Below, in pieces: positions 28,820-38,530 of a DNA stretch of 64,000 bases (positions are counted from its first letter, which is position 1; each line of letters starts with the position of its first letter). The position numbers and the translations under genes are program-made. Origin of the DNA: Cyanophyceae cyanobacterium (GTDB taxonomy: Bacteria > Cyanobacteriota > Cyanobacteriia > Cyanobacteriales > Laspinemataceae); contig JBBQFN010000003.1 of NCBI GenBank assembly GCA_038321985.1, forward strand, positions 320,001 to 384,000, in the 5' to 3' direction. The notes below the pieces were generated by a model. It was given only the letters and a program-made list of their open reading frames with translations, was not told the DNA's origin and did no database searches.

Positions 28820-29030
28820 GCTCAATCGGTAGGTCAACCTAATTTTACTGGAGTCCAGGGTATAAACCCTCTCATGTAAAATTGTGGGGTCATCAATGGG
28901 GGGACGAGACAATCACTAAGTTTTTAAACTTAAAAAGTTTTCTCCTTTGCACTTCCCCAAATCATATTTCAATTACCCCTAAATTTAATTAGCATGAACT
29001 CCTGCATTTAATTAGGTTTACCTACTGAGC
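28820..29030. mobile_element. MITE-like element with imperfect terminal inverted repeats
   Basis: GTAGGTCAACCTAATT (28829-28844) pairs with AATTAGGTTTACCTAC (29010-29025), flanked by GCTCA/TGAGC. Confidence 0.45.
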
Positions 29031-29057
29031 AGAAATTTTTTATAACCTAATTTTACC

Positions 29058-31100
29058 ATGCTAACCACTTCAGACCCAGCAGTCATACAGACAAGCAACA
29101 GATTAGAAAAACAGCCCGAAGTTGTTTTCGTTTGTATGCCGTTTGGCCCTCTGCTGCCTTCCATTGGTGTTGGCTTGCTGAAAGCCTCACTTAAACCACT
29201 TGATATCTCGGCAAAAGCCTGCTATTTTACTCTACGGTTTGCCCAAAAAATTGGGATTTCTCTCTATAATGAAACCACGAGTGGTGAGGTTTCTGTCTGT
29301 GATTTGGTCGGCGAATGGTTATTTTCAGCGGCGCTATTTGATCGCGATCCCACGGATGTAGAAAACTTTGTGGAAGACGTATTGCGCGGACGCGAACCCG
29401 TACATCAAGGGGCTTATCCGAATCTTAAACCCGTTTCAGAAACCTTTATTCAAAATATCCTGCACATCCGCAGTTTAGTTGATTCGTTTTTAGACCAGTG
29501 TTTAGCAGAAGTTCTCAGCTATCAACCCCGGATCGTTTGCTTTACTAGCACCTTTCACCAGCACGTTGCCGCCCTTGCCTTAGCCAAGAGAATTAAAGCA
29601 GTTTCTCCAGACATTTTTATCGAATTTGGCGGGGCCAACTGTCAAGGCATCATGGGAATTGAAACCCTACGGCAATTTCCCTTTGTGAATGCAGTGATAT
29701 CCGGAGAAGGCGATAGCATTTTTCCTGAATTAATTCGCCGGGTTTTAGAGCAACAGTCGATTGCGGATATCCCGGGAGTTTATACCCGCGATACGATCCA
29801 GTTAGCTGGCACCCTTCAGGACTTAAACGCACCTGTTCTCCATGATATCAACGCCCTACCCTTACCGGATTATGACGATTATTTTGCCGAATGGGAAGCA
29901 GTCCGGCCTCACCTCACGGAAAACTATCAACCTCGGTTACTCTTAGAAACCTCTCGGGGTTGCTGGTGGGGAGAAAAAAATCACTGCACCTTTTGCGGAC
30001 TGAATGGCACAGAAATGACCTACCGCAGTAAATCGGCTGAACGCGCCATCTCAGAAATTACTGATCTGATTGAACGCTATCCCGGTTACCCGATTTCTGT
30101 AGTTGATAATATTCTGGATATGAAATACTTTAAAAGTATGATTCCAGAATTGGCGAAACGGCAGTTAGATTTAGAACTATTTTATGAAGTGAAGTCTAAT
30201 CTTCAAAAAGAGCAAATTCGCCAGTTACGAGAGGCGGGGATTACCATGATTCAGCCGGGAATTGAAAGTTTTAGTAGTCACACCCTGGAACTGATGCGAA
30301 AAGGGGTGAAGGGGTTGCAAAATATTCAACTGCTGAAATGGTGCAAAGAACTGGGAGTCACGCCGTTTTGGAATCTCATCTGGGGTTTTCCTGGGGAAAG
30401 AATCGAAGACTACAGCCGCATGACCGAACTGATTCCCTTTCTGACCCATCTGCGACCCCCCAAATGGGCGGGTGCTATTCGGATCGACCGCTTTAGTCCT
30501 CACTTCGATCGCCCCACAGAATTTGGATTTGAGGGCGTCATTCCTTTTCCCGCCTATCATCATGTCTATCCTTTGCCCCCAGAATCCGTAGCAAACCTGG
30601 CCTATTTCTTTACATTTACCTATCAGCAACCGCAACCTGTAGAGGAATACACCCAATTAGTTCGAGAACAGGTTACTATCTGGGAAGAGGCTTATCAAAC
30701 TAGCGTGTTGTTTTCCGTGAATCGGGAAGCAGACTTGCAGATCTGGGATTTGCGACCGGCTGCCCGTCAGCTTTTAATCACCCTAACGGATCCGCTCAAA
30801 GCCCTGTACCTAGCTTGCGATCGCATTCGTAGCCTCAATTTCCTACAACATTTGGCCGAGGAACAACTGAATCGTCCGGTATCCAGTGCGGAAGTGGAGG
30901 AAATGCTGCAACCGCTTCTCGTTCGCGGGTTAATGGTGGAAGAAGATCATGCCTATTTGAGTTTAGCCGTGCCCGTGGGAGAATATTCCCCAGGAAAATC
31001 TACCCTCAAGCGGCTGTTTTCCCTCGTTGCCGAGCGATCGCATCAGGTCTCAAAATTAAACGATTGGTGCGAAGTGATCGATGACTCAGGGGTGCAATAA
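29058..31100 (+). CDS. B12-dependent RiPP-maturation radical SAM C-methyltransferase (TIGR03975/PoyC-like)
   Basis: FVCMPF...PSIG N-terminus, GGANC and GEGD cobalamin domain, ETSRGCWWGEKNHCTFCGLNG (CX7CX2C), IQPGIES, WNLIWGFPGE and RIDRFSP. Confidence 0.9.
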   Translation: MLTTSDPAVIQTSNRLEKQPEVVFVCMPFGPLLPSIGVGLLKASLKPLDISAKACYFTLRFAQKIGISLYNETTSGEVSVCDLVGEWLFSAALFDRDPTDVENFVEDVLRGREPVHQGAYPNLKPVSETFIQNILHIRSLVDSFLDQCLAEVLSYQPRIVCFTSTFHQHVAALALAKRIKAVSPDIFIEFGGANCQGIMGIETLRQFPFVNAVISGEGDSIFPELIRRVLEQQSIADIPGVYTRDTIQLAGTLQDLNAPVLHDINALPLPDYDDYFAEWEAVRPHLTENYQPRLLLETSRGCWWGEKNHCTFCGLNGTEMTYRSKSAERAISEITDLIERYPGYPISVVDNILDMKYFKSMIPELAKRQLDLELFYEVKSNLQKEQIRQLREAGITMIQPGIESFSSHTLELMRKGVKGLQNIQLLKWCKELGVTPFWNLIWGFPGERIEDYSRMTELIPFLTHLRPPKWAGAIRIDRFSPHFDRPTEFGFEGVIPFPAYHHVYPLPPESVANLAYFFTFTYQQPQPVEEYTQLVREQVTIWEEAYQTSVLFSVNREADLQIWDLRPAARQLLITLTDPLKALYLACDRIRSLNFLQHLAEEQLNRPVSSAEVEEMLQPLLVRGLMVEEDHAYLSLAVPVGEYSPGKSTLKRLFSLVAERSHQVSKLNDWCEVIDDSGVQ

Positions 31101-31134
31101 ATTCTAATCTTTTGTTGGTGAAGTACATTAAGGA

Positions 31135-31197
31135 TTCCCCTAAATCCCCCTTAAAAAGGGGGACTTTCCAGGTTCCCCCCTTTTTAAGGGGGGCTAG
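31135..31197. repeat. Cyanobacterial CCCCCTTAAAAAGGGGG hairpin-pair repeat
   Basis: TCCCCCTTAAAAAGGGGGA followed by CCCCCCTTTTTAAGGGGGG. Confidence 0.75.
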
Positions 31198-31293
31198 ATA
31201 TAGACGTACCTCATGAATGTGAAAATTGCTATAGATCTAAATCCAGGCAACAGGCCAGTACCTAGGCTGACCCTAAACAAGGAATATCAATTC

Positions 31294-34200
31294 ATGAAAA
31301 AGATTATCAAAGTTTTACGATGGCTATCTGTATTTTGGTTGATAATCTTGATAAATTTAATCGGGCAAAATTCGGCTTTTGCTCTCAGCCCTAACCTGGA
31401 ATTTGAGCAATTAACGATTGAACAGGGACTTTCAGCTAGTACGGTCTTTTCTACCATCCAAGACCAAGAAGGATTTATGTGGTTTGCTACACCGGACGGT
31501 CTTAATAAATACGATGGGTATGACTTTACAATTTATAAAAATGACCCTGGAAATAGTGAATCAATTTCTGACAATTTTGTTACAATACTTTATAAAAATG
31601 AGGGGGGGGGAATATGGGTTGGAACCAATGATGGAGGATTGAACTATTTTAATAAACTGACAGATAAATTTACCCACTATAAAAACGATCCGAGTAATCC
31701 TCAAAGTCTCAGTAATAATCATATTTTGTCCATTTATGAAGATAAAAACCAAGTCCTGTGGGTGGGAACAGAAGATGGATTCAACCAATTTAACCCCCAA
31801 ACTGGAGACTTTATCCGTTATAAAAATGATCCTAATAATCTGGATAGCTTAATTCAAAATAGTGTCACGGCTATTTATGAAAATCAATGGGGAGAGCTTT
31901 GGTTAGGAACGAAAGGAGGATTGGAAAAATTTGACCGCAATACTCAGAAGTTTATCCATTACCAACATCATCCCGATGACCCCAAAAGTTTGAGTGATAA
32001 TTCCATTAGTTCAATTATAGAAGATAGGGAAGGGAACCTCTGGATTAGCACCTTGGGGGGTGGCGTTAATAAATTTAACCGCGACCCAGAAGAATTTACC
32101 CGCTACATGAATGACCCCAACAATCCCCACAGTATCAGCAGCAATACCGTGAGCCAAATCTATCAAGATGAAACGGGTCTAATCTGGATGGGTACAGGGA
32201 GTTGGCTGGGAAGTTCGGGCGGCAGCGGACTCAATCTCTTTAATCCAAAAACTGAGGAATTTACAACCTACAACCCCAACCCGGGCAATCCCCACAGCTT
32301 GAGTGATAGTGCTGTGTTTTCTATGTATGAAGATCGGTCCGGCATCTTGTGGTTTGGAACATTTATAGGCGGAATTAACAAATACGATCGCCATCGCATT
32401 AAATTTGACCGCTACACCTACGAACCCGGTAATCCTCACGGCATGGCGGAAGATCCTGCAATTATGTCCATTTATGAAGATAAAAACGGCACAATTTGGC
32501 TCGGGACATTTGGGGGATTTTTGGAAAAATTCGATCGCGAAACGGCAGAATTTACAACCTATCAGAATAACCCCAACGACCCCGATAGTTTAAGTGCAGG
32601 GGGAGTCTGGTCCATTTATGAGGACCGCTACGGCACCCTTTGGATTGGCACGTTTGGCGGTGGACTGGATACATTAGACCGCAAAACTAACAAGTTTATC
32701 CACTATACTCATGACCCCAATAATCCCGCCAGTTTGAGCGATAACTCGGTGGTGTCCATGTTTGAAGATCAACAAGGAACGTTCTGGATCGGTACATTTG
32801 GAGGAGGCTTAAATCAACTGAATCGCGAAACAGGCACGTTTACCGCCTACCAAACCGACCCAAATAATCCTAACAGCTTGAGCGATAATAGTATTTGGCA
32901 AATTTATGAAGATACCCGGGGTAAACTGTGGGTTGCCACCCACCAAGGAGGCTTAAATCAACTCGATCGCCAAACCGGAAACTTTACGCGCTATCAAAAA
33001 AGCGATACACTCAATAGCTTAAGCAATAATAGCGTCTTGTCCATCTACGAAGATGCAACCGGAATCCTCTGGTTAGGGACATTTGGCGGGGGTTTGAATA
33101 AATTTGACCCCCTAACCCAAACCTTTACAGCCTATAACGAAACAGACGGATTGCCGAATGATGTCGTTTACGGGATTCTGCCCGATGATCAAGGGAACCT
33201 GTGGTTAAGTACCAACAAGGGATTATCTAAATTTAATCCATCCCAGGAAACCTTCAAAAACTATGATACCAGCGACGGTCTGCTCAGTAATGAGTTTAAT
33301 GCAGGAGCTTATTACAAAAGCAAAACCGGACAAATGCTCTTTGGCAACGTCAAGGGGTTTAATGTCTTTTTCCCCGAAGAGGTCAAAAATAACCCTTACA
33401 TTCCCCCCATTGTCCTCACGGAGTTTAAAAAGCTCAATGAAACCACCCAACTTGATCAAGCCATTTCTCAAATCAAAGCCCTGAATCTGTCTTATCAAGA
33501 TTATGTCTTTTCCTTCGAGTTTGCAGCCTTAAATTACACGGCAACGGAAAAAAACCAATACGCCTATAAACTGGAAGGATTTGATAAAGACTGGATTAAC
33601 GCCGGGACCCGACGCTATGCCACCTACACCAACCTTGATGGCGGCCACTATAGATTCCATGTCAAAGGCTCTAACAATGATGGAGTCTGGAACGAAACCG
33701 GCACCTCGATTCAGCTTGAAATTGCCCCGCCACCCTGGAAAACCTGGTGGGCCTATACTCTGTATGTCTTCGCTTTAATTGGCGTAGTCTTGACTTATGT
33801 CCAGTGGCGGACGATCGCCCAACGGCAAGAATTAGAACAGCAACGCCAAGAATTAGAACGGGAACGAGTTGTTTCTGAAAAATTGCGCCGCCTCGATAAG
33901 CTCAAAGATGACTTTCTGGCGAATACCTCCCACGAAATGCGGACGCCTCTCAATGGGATTATTGGCCTAGCGGACTCCATGCTGGATGGCGTCGCCGGTT
34001 CCCTCTCCGAAAAGCAACAGAGAAACCTATCCATGATTGTCCAAAGTGGCCTCCGCTTGAATGCTTTAATTAATGATATTCTCGATTTATCCAAGATGAA
34101 GCAATCGAGTTTAGAACTGCAACTTAAGCCCGTGGGGATGCGAGAAATTAGTGATGTAGTGCTAACTTTGTGCGAACCCATCATCGGCAAAAAGTCATTG

Positions 34201-35877
34201 CAACTTCTCAATAAAATCAATCCCGAACTCCCCCCAGTCGATGCCGATGAAAATCGCTTACAGCAGATTTTATACAACTTAGTCGGGAATGCGATTAAGT
34301 TTACCGAAAGCGGCATGGTGGAAGTCTCGGCGGAGGTGTTGTCCCCGGCGCAGTCGCCGGAGGACCCGGAGGCCCCCTCATTCCTGGCAATTACGATCGC
34401 CGATACCGGCATTGGCATCCCCGAAGACAAGCGCGATCGCATTTTTGAAGCCTTCGAGCAAGGGGATGGCTCCACGGCCCGTATTTATGGCGGTACAGGG
34501 TTAGGATTGTCCGTCACAAAACAGTTAGTGGAGTTACATGGTGGCACAATCACCGTGGAATCTATTGATGGGGAAGGGTCGCGGTTTACCTTTACGCTGC
34601 CGATATCAACTACCACAGAACCCTTAGAACTAGAAAACCGCGATCGCTCATCGTTCCTCCCCCGCTTACAGGCGATCGCCATAGCCGTAGATAACAGTGA
34701 TAGCGAGGCGACTGATGTCTCCGTCGAACCGGACAACAACGGTCATTTTCGGTTATTAGTTGTAGACGATGAACCCATCAACCGGCAAGTGTTGGTCAAC
34801 TACCTCTCCGGCGCTCATTATACAGTCACCCAAGCCACCAACGGACCCGAGGCGATCGCCTTACTGGAGAACAACTTTAAACCTGACATTATCCTCCTCG
34901 ATGTGATGATGCCTCGGATGACAGGATACGAAGTCTGCCGCATCCTCCGTCAGCAGTATGGAATAGACGAACTCCCCATCATCATGCTCACCGCCAAAAA
35001 TCAAGTCTCCGATTTAGTCGCCGGATTACAAGCAGGTTCTAACGATTATTTGACCAAACCCATTGCCAAAGATGAACTCCTCGCCCGAATTAAAACCCAT
35101 CTCAATGTAGTCCGCTTAAAAGCCGAAAATATGCGGCTTGTAACCGAATTAGATATCGCCCGTCGCCTGCAAGTGATGATGTTACCCAAAGCGGAAGAAC
35201 TGTGCCAACTTCCCGAATTAGATATCGCCGGATTCATGGAACCTGCCGAGGAAGTCGGCGGCGACTATTACGATATCCTCACCCAAGGGGATGGCTTAAA
35301 AATTGGCATTGGTGACGTCACCGGACATGGGTTAGAAAGCGGCGTCTTGATGCTCATGGCCCAAACCGCTGTGCGAACCTTATTAGAGAGCAAAATCACC
35401 GAACCCCAGGAATTTTTAGACGCCCTCAACCGCACGATTTATCACAATATTGAGCGGATGAATGTTGAAAAAAGCATGACCTTATCCTTAGCTGATTACA
35501 GTAAGGGAACCCTGCGATTAACGGGACAACATGAGGAAACAATTATAGTCCGGGCTACAGGCGAAGTGGAACGATTGGATACCATAGATTTAGGATTTCC
35601 CATCGGTTTAGTGGAAGAAATTGCCGAATTTGTCTCTTCCATTGAGGTCACCTTAAATCCCGGAGATGTGGTAGTCTTCTACACCGATGGCATTACCGAA
35701 GCCATGAATACCGATAACCAATTATATGGATTGGAGCGCTTAATTGAGGTCATTTTACAGAATCGAGACCAGAGTGCCGAAGAAATCAAAGAACAGGCGA
35801 TTTCCGATTTAAAGCAATATATCGGCAAACAAAAGATATTTGACGATATCACTTTAGTCGTCCTCAAACAACAGTAG
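31294..35877 (+). CDS. Hybrid sensor: beta-propeller (Reg_prop) + Y_Y_Y + HisKA/HATPase + receiver + SpoIIE/PP2C phosphatase
   Basis: Repeated IYED..G.LW.GT.GGGL units, YAYKLEGFD, SHEMRTPLNG, NAIKFT, GGTGLGL, LLDVMMP, GGDYYD/GDVTGHG/YTDGITE/DDIT. Signal/TM segment from Met 31294. Confidence 0.92.
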   Translation: MKKIIKVLRWLSVFWLIILINLIGQNSAFALSPNLEFEQLTIEQGLSASTVFSTIQDQEGFMWFATPDGLNKYDGYDFTIYKNDPGNSESISDNFVTILYKNEGGGIWVGTNDGGLNYFNKLTDKFTHYKNDPSNPQSLSNNHILSIYEDKNQVLWVGTEDGFNQFNPQTGDFIRYKNDPNNLDSLIQNSVTAIYENQWGELWLGTKGGLEKFDRNTQKFIHYQHHPDDPKSLSDNSISSIIEDREGNLWISTLGGGVNKFNRDPEEFTRYMNDPNNPHSISSNTVSQIYQDETGLIWMGTGSWLGSSGGSGLNLFNPKTEEFTTYNPNPGNPHSLSDSAVFSMYEDRSGILWFGTFIGGINKYDRHRIKFDRYTYEPGNPHGMAEDPAIMSIYEDKNGTIWLGTFGGFLEKFDRETAEFTTYQNNPNDPDSLSAGGVWSIYEDRYGTLWIGTFGGGLDTLDRKTNKFIHYTHDPNNPASLSDNSVVSMFEDQQGTFWIGTFGGGLNQLNRETGTFTAYQTDPNNPNSLSDNSIWQIYEDTRGKLWVATHQGGLNQLDRQTGNFTRYQKSDTLNSLSNNSVLSIYEDATGILWLGTFGGGLNKFDPLTQTFTAYNETDGLPNDVVYGILPDDQGNLWLSTNKGLSKFNPSQETFKNYDTSDGLLSNEFNAGAYYKSKTGQMLFGNVKGFNVFFPEEVKNNPYIPPIVLTEFKKLNETTQLDQAISQIKALNLSYQDYVFSFEFAALNYTATEKNQYAYKLEGFDKDWINAGTRRYATYTNLDGGHYRFHVKGSNNDGVWNETGTSIQLEIAPPPWKTWWAYTLYVFALIGVVLTYVQWRTIAQRQELEQQRQELERERVVSEKLRRLDKLKDDFLANTSHEMRTPLNGIIGLADSMLDGVAGSLSEKQQRNLSMIVQSGLRLNALINDILDLSKMKQSSLELQLKPVGMREISDVVLTLCEPIIGKKSLQLLNKINPELPPVDADENRLQQILYNLVGNAIKFTESGMVEVSAEVLSPAQSPEDPEAPSFLAITIADTGIGIPEDKRDRIFEAFEQGDGSTARIYGGTGLGLSVTKQLVELHGGTITVESIDGEGSRFTFTLPISTTTEPLELENRDRSSFLPRLQAIAIAVDNSDSEATDVSVEPDNNGHFRLLVVDDEPINRQVLVNYLSGAHYTVTQATNGPEAIALLENNFKPDIILLDVMMPRMTGYEVCRILRQQYGIDELPIIMLTAKNQVSDLVAGLQAGSNDYLTKPIAKDELLARIKTHLNVVRLKAENMRLVTELDIARRLQVMMLPKAEELCQLPELDIAGFMEPAEEVGGDYYDILTQGDGLKIGIGDVTGHGLESGVLMLMAQTAVRTLLESKITEPQEFLDALNRTIYHNIERMNVEKSMTLSLADYSKGTLRLTGQHEETIIVRATGEVERLDTIDLGFPIGLVEEIAEFVSSIEVTLNPGDVVVFYTDGITEAMNTDNQLYGLERLIEVILQNRDQSAEEIKEQAISDLKQYIGKQKIFDDITLVVLKQQ

Positions 35878-35893
35878 CCCTACCCCCAGACTC

Positions 35894-35958
35894 AGAAACC
35901 GGGTTTCTATCACAACCTGTGCATCCTCACCTAAATCTGGATAAGAAACCCGGTTTCT
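35894..35958 (+). repeat. ~65-bp double-palindrome cassette-boundary element
   Basis: AGAAACCGGGTTTCT at 35894 and AGAAACCCGGTTTCT at 35944. Confidence 0.85.
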
Positions 35959-35971
35959 CGACCCTCGAAAT

Positions 35972-36182
35972 TTATTCCAAGTCCTCCTCTATCATCCCAG
36001 CATCTTTAAGAAGCACTCTTAATGTTCCAGTCGGTAAATCACGATTGCCATGAACTGGAATCGAGAGAATAACTGTAACCCCTTCTTTTGCATAGATTAT
36101 GATGGCTACCCGTGATTCTTTTTAACTGCCAACCCTGTCGTTCCACAATTTTGCAGAGTGCTTTACCGGAAATCGATTTCAT
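35972..36182 (-). pseudogene. hicA: HicA family toxin with a +1 frameshift
   Basis: MKSISGK...GWQLKRITGSHH continues as IYAKEG...IPVHGNRDLPTGTL after removing one base at ~36097. The span is 211 nt (210+1). Confidence 0.85.
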
Positions 36183-36379
36183 AGAGATAACTCGATTAAC
36201 TGTTTTTCCGGGGTCAGTTCCTGGGTTTCGCTGGCAACTTCTAGCCAACCTTGAACCGCATCGGCAAGCATTTCTAATAACTCTTCATAACTTTCAGCCC
36301 AGGTGTGACAACCAGGAAGGGCTGGAACTGAGGCACACCAAATATCATCTTCATGCCAAATAATTGCTTTAATTTTCAT
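36179..36379 (-). CDS. hicB: HicB family antitoxin
   Basis: WCASVPALPGCHTWAESYEEL motif. ATGA overlap with hicA. Confidence 0.88.
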   Translation of the reverse strand: MKIKAIIWHEDDIWCASVPALPGCHTWAESYEELLEMLADAVQGWLEVASETQELTPEKQLIELSL

Positions 36380-36440
36380 AGTTTGTCTATAATAGCTATC
36401 TAATCACGAGTTTAGCCTATCCGTTAGCACATAAACCCTC

Positions 36441-36505
36441 AGAAACCGGGTGTCTAGCAGAATCTCTGCCTCCTCACGGAAATCTAGCGCAGAAACCTGG
36501 TTTCT
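36441..36505 (+). repeat. ~65-bp double-palindrome cassette-boundary element
   Basis: AGAAACCGGGTGTCT at 36441 and AGAAACCTGGTTTCT at 36491. Confidence 0.8.
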
Positions 36506-36578
36506 TGGCCCCGCCCTCGGATAGAGCGCCGACCCCAATCCTACTCCCAAACTTATGCGATCGGAATCACCAAAAGCA

Positions 36579-36797
36579 TCAAACCACCTCAAGTGTTTTC
36601 GGTTCAGGAATCACATCACCTTCGGCGTGCCAAGCCTCTAAATACATTTCAATCACTTCTTCACCATTGCGGATAGCTTCTTCACGAGTTTTTCCGTGAG
36701 TACAAGGCATCACGACCCGATCAGAAAACTCGGGAATTGTGACTAAGAAAAGCTGATCTTCATCAGACCATTGAACAATCATGCTGTATCGATTCAT
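36579..36797 (-). CDS. hicB: HicB family antitoxin
   Basis: YSMIVQWSDED...PEF...CTHGKTREEAIRNGEEVI motif. Confidence 0.88.
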   Translation of the reverse strand: MNRYSMIVQWSDEDQLFLVTIPEFSDRVVMPCTHGKTREEAIRNGEEVIEMYLEAWHAEGDVIPEPKTLEVV

Positions 36798-37018
36798 GAA
36801 TCCTCCTCCTCTCTCAATCCTTCTAGTTCAGTCAGTAGTTTTTCCAGTTGTTTTTCTAGGTAAAGTGGCACATCATCTCCATTCTGACCTGGAATTGTCA
36901 GTGTTTTTCCAATCAGAGGATGTCGCCAACCCTCATGGCTACCCTTGCCGCGCTTAGGCAAGTAAACAAACCCGTACTGTGCAATTTGGGCTTTCAACTC
37001 TCGAATCTTCCTGGGCAT
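36794..37018 (-). CDS. hicA: HicA family toxin
   Basis: MPRKIRELK...GF...RGKGSH.W.HP...TIPG motif. ATG at 37018. Confidence 0.85.
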   Translation of the reverse strand: MPRKIRELKAQIAQYGFVYLPKRGKGSHEGWRHPLIGKTLTIPGQNGDDVPLYLEKQLEKLLTELEGLREEEDS

Positions 37019-37064
37019 GAATATTATTTGCTCATTCAACTCTAGTTTATCATTTTCTCTATTT

Positions 37065-37266
37065 TCATAAAGATAACTCAATTAACTGTTTTTCTAGGTT
37101 GACTTCTTGTTGTTCACTCGCCACTTCCAGCCAAAGAAAGAACCGCTTCTGCAAGCATTTCTAACAACTCTTCATAAGTCGATGCCCAGGTGTGACAACC
37201 GGGAAGGGCGGGGACTGAACCACACCAGACATCATCTTCTTGCCAAATCATTGCTTTAATTTTCAT
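37065..37266 (-). pseudogene. Frameshifted paralog of the 36179-36379 hicB
   Basis: MKIKAMIWQEDDVWCGSV... has -1 and +1 indels relative to the intact copy. About 50 bp of upstream flank is also duplicated. Confidence 0.8.
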
Positions 37267-37369
37267 AGTTTATCTCTAATGGCTATCTAATCAGGATTTT
37301 AGCCCATCTGTTAACGTCTCACCCAGCAACCTGCTGCTGTAGAAACCCAGTTTCTCGCCCCCAGACCAC

Positions 37370-37500
37370 TATAGCGAGCCTAAATGAATTTGACATAAAG
37401 ATAACAAGCAAGATGCAAAGCCAGAAGCCCAGGCTTCGCTTACCGCACTCCAAGCCTTTCAGTCTTGGATTCATTGTTAAACTGATTTAAGATTGCTATA
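37370..37500. mobile_element. MITE-like element (TATAGC...GCTATA termini)
   Basis: TATAGCGAGCCTAAATGA pairs imperfectly with TGATTTAAGATTGCTATA. Confidence 0.5.
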
Positions 37501-37541
37501 TAATTAGAGGGAGGATAAAACAAACCCAAAGCTAACATTAA

Positions 37542-37880
37542 ATGACTACCAAAATAAGCGATCGCCAAATTTATGATCGCCTAGGAATTACCCCTGAACA
37601 ACTAGCTGAGTTTTGTCAAGATTGGCAAATTGTCGAACTTGCCTTATTTGGCTCCATTCTCCGAGATGACTTTAACCCCAAGAGTGACGTAGATATTTTA
37701 GTCACGTTTCAGCCCAATCACTCTTGGGGTTTAGAGTTTATTCAAATGCGAGAACAACTCTCTACTCTTTTTAATCGTCCTATCGATTTAATGACCCAAA
37801 ACAGTATTGTCAATAGTCATAACGTTCTCCGTCGCCAGAGCATATTAAATTCAGTCGAGGTTATCTATGGAAAAGGATAA
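37542..37880 (+). CDS. Minimal nucleotidyltransferase (MNT) antitoxin
   Basis: LFGSILRDDFNPKSDVDILV motif. Confidence 0.92.
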   Translation: MTTKISDRQIYDRLGITPEQLAEFCQDWQIVELALFGSILRDDFNPKSDVDILVTFQPNHSWGLEFIQMREQLSTLFNRPIDLMTQNSIVNSHNVLRRQSILNSVEVIYGKG

Positions 37881-38208
37881 ACAAGCCTTAATAGATATTC
37901 TCAAGGCGACCCGGCAAATTATTAGTTATAGTGAAGATATCAAAAAACAAGACTTGCAACAAGATGATGAAAAACAGGCGGCTATTTTATATAGAATGAT
38001 TATCGTTGGGGAGGCAACTAAACGATTGTCCGCTGAATTTCGTCAACAATACCCAATGATTCCTTGGCGGGAAATGGCTGGTCTACGAGATGTGGTCATT
38101 CACGATTATGACGAGCTAGATTTTGACATCCTTTGGAATGTCATTCAGGTTAATTTGCCTGAAATATTACCTCAATTACAATTAATTTTTAACTCATTGA
38201 ACGACTAA
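37867..38208 (+). CDS. HEPN (DUF86) ribonuclease toxin
   Basis: IVGEATKRL, IPWREMAGLRDVVIHDY (Rx4H motif). Confidence 0.92.
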   Translation: MEKDKQALIDILKATRQIISYSEDIKKQDLQQDDEKQAAILYRMIIVGEATKRLSAEFRQQYPMIPWREMAGLRDVVIHDYDELDFDILWNVIQVNLPEILPQLQLIFNSLND

Positions 38209-38211
38209 TTC

Positions 38212-38310
38212 AGAAACCCGGTTTCTACCAGAACCTTTGCATCTTCACTCCAATCGGGTCAAGAAACCCGATTTCTTGCCCCCACCAACGGACTCAGAAA
38301 CTGGGTTTTT
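38212..38310 (+). repeat. Double-palindrome cassette-boundary element plus a third half-site
   Basis: AGAAACCCGGTTTCT at 38212, AGAAACCCGATTTCT at 38262, AGAAACTGGGTTTTT at 38296. Confidence 0.85.
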
Positions 38311-38530
38311 ATGACAACCGGAGATTAGGTCCTGTTGCGGCTTTGACTGGGAGAAGGCTTTACCGAATCGCCCCGATGGATTTACAATTGTAGTGCCACA
38401 AAAACAGTGGAAGCATCGGTGATTCCGATTTCTGGGAGTGCCCGGGATAATTCCGGCAGTGAATCTATAAATGGGCTGTCTCTCCCCGTCATCAACCCTG
38501 CAATCCCATCATTCTCTAGGAGGAGTGTCA

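Noticed and set aside
33795..34475. 226-aa minus-strand ORF
   Set aside because: Antisense shadow of the histidine kinase core.
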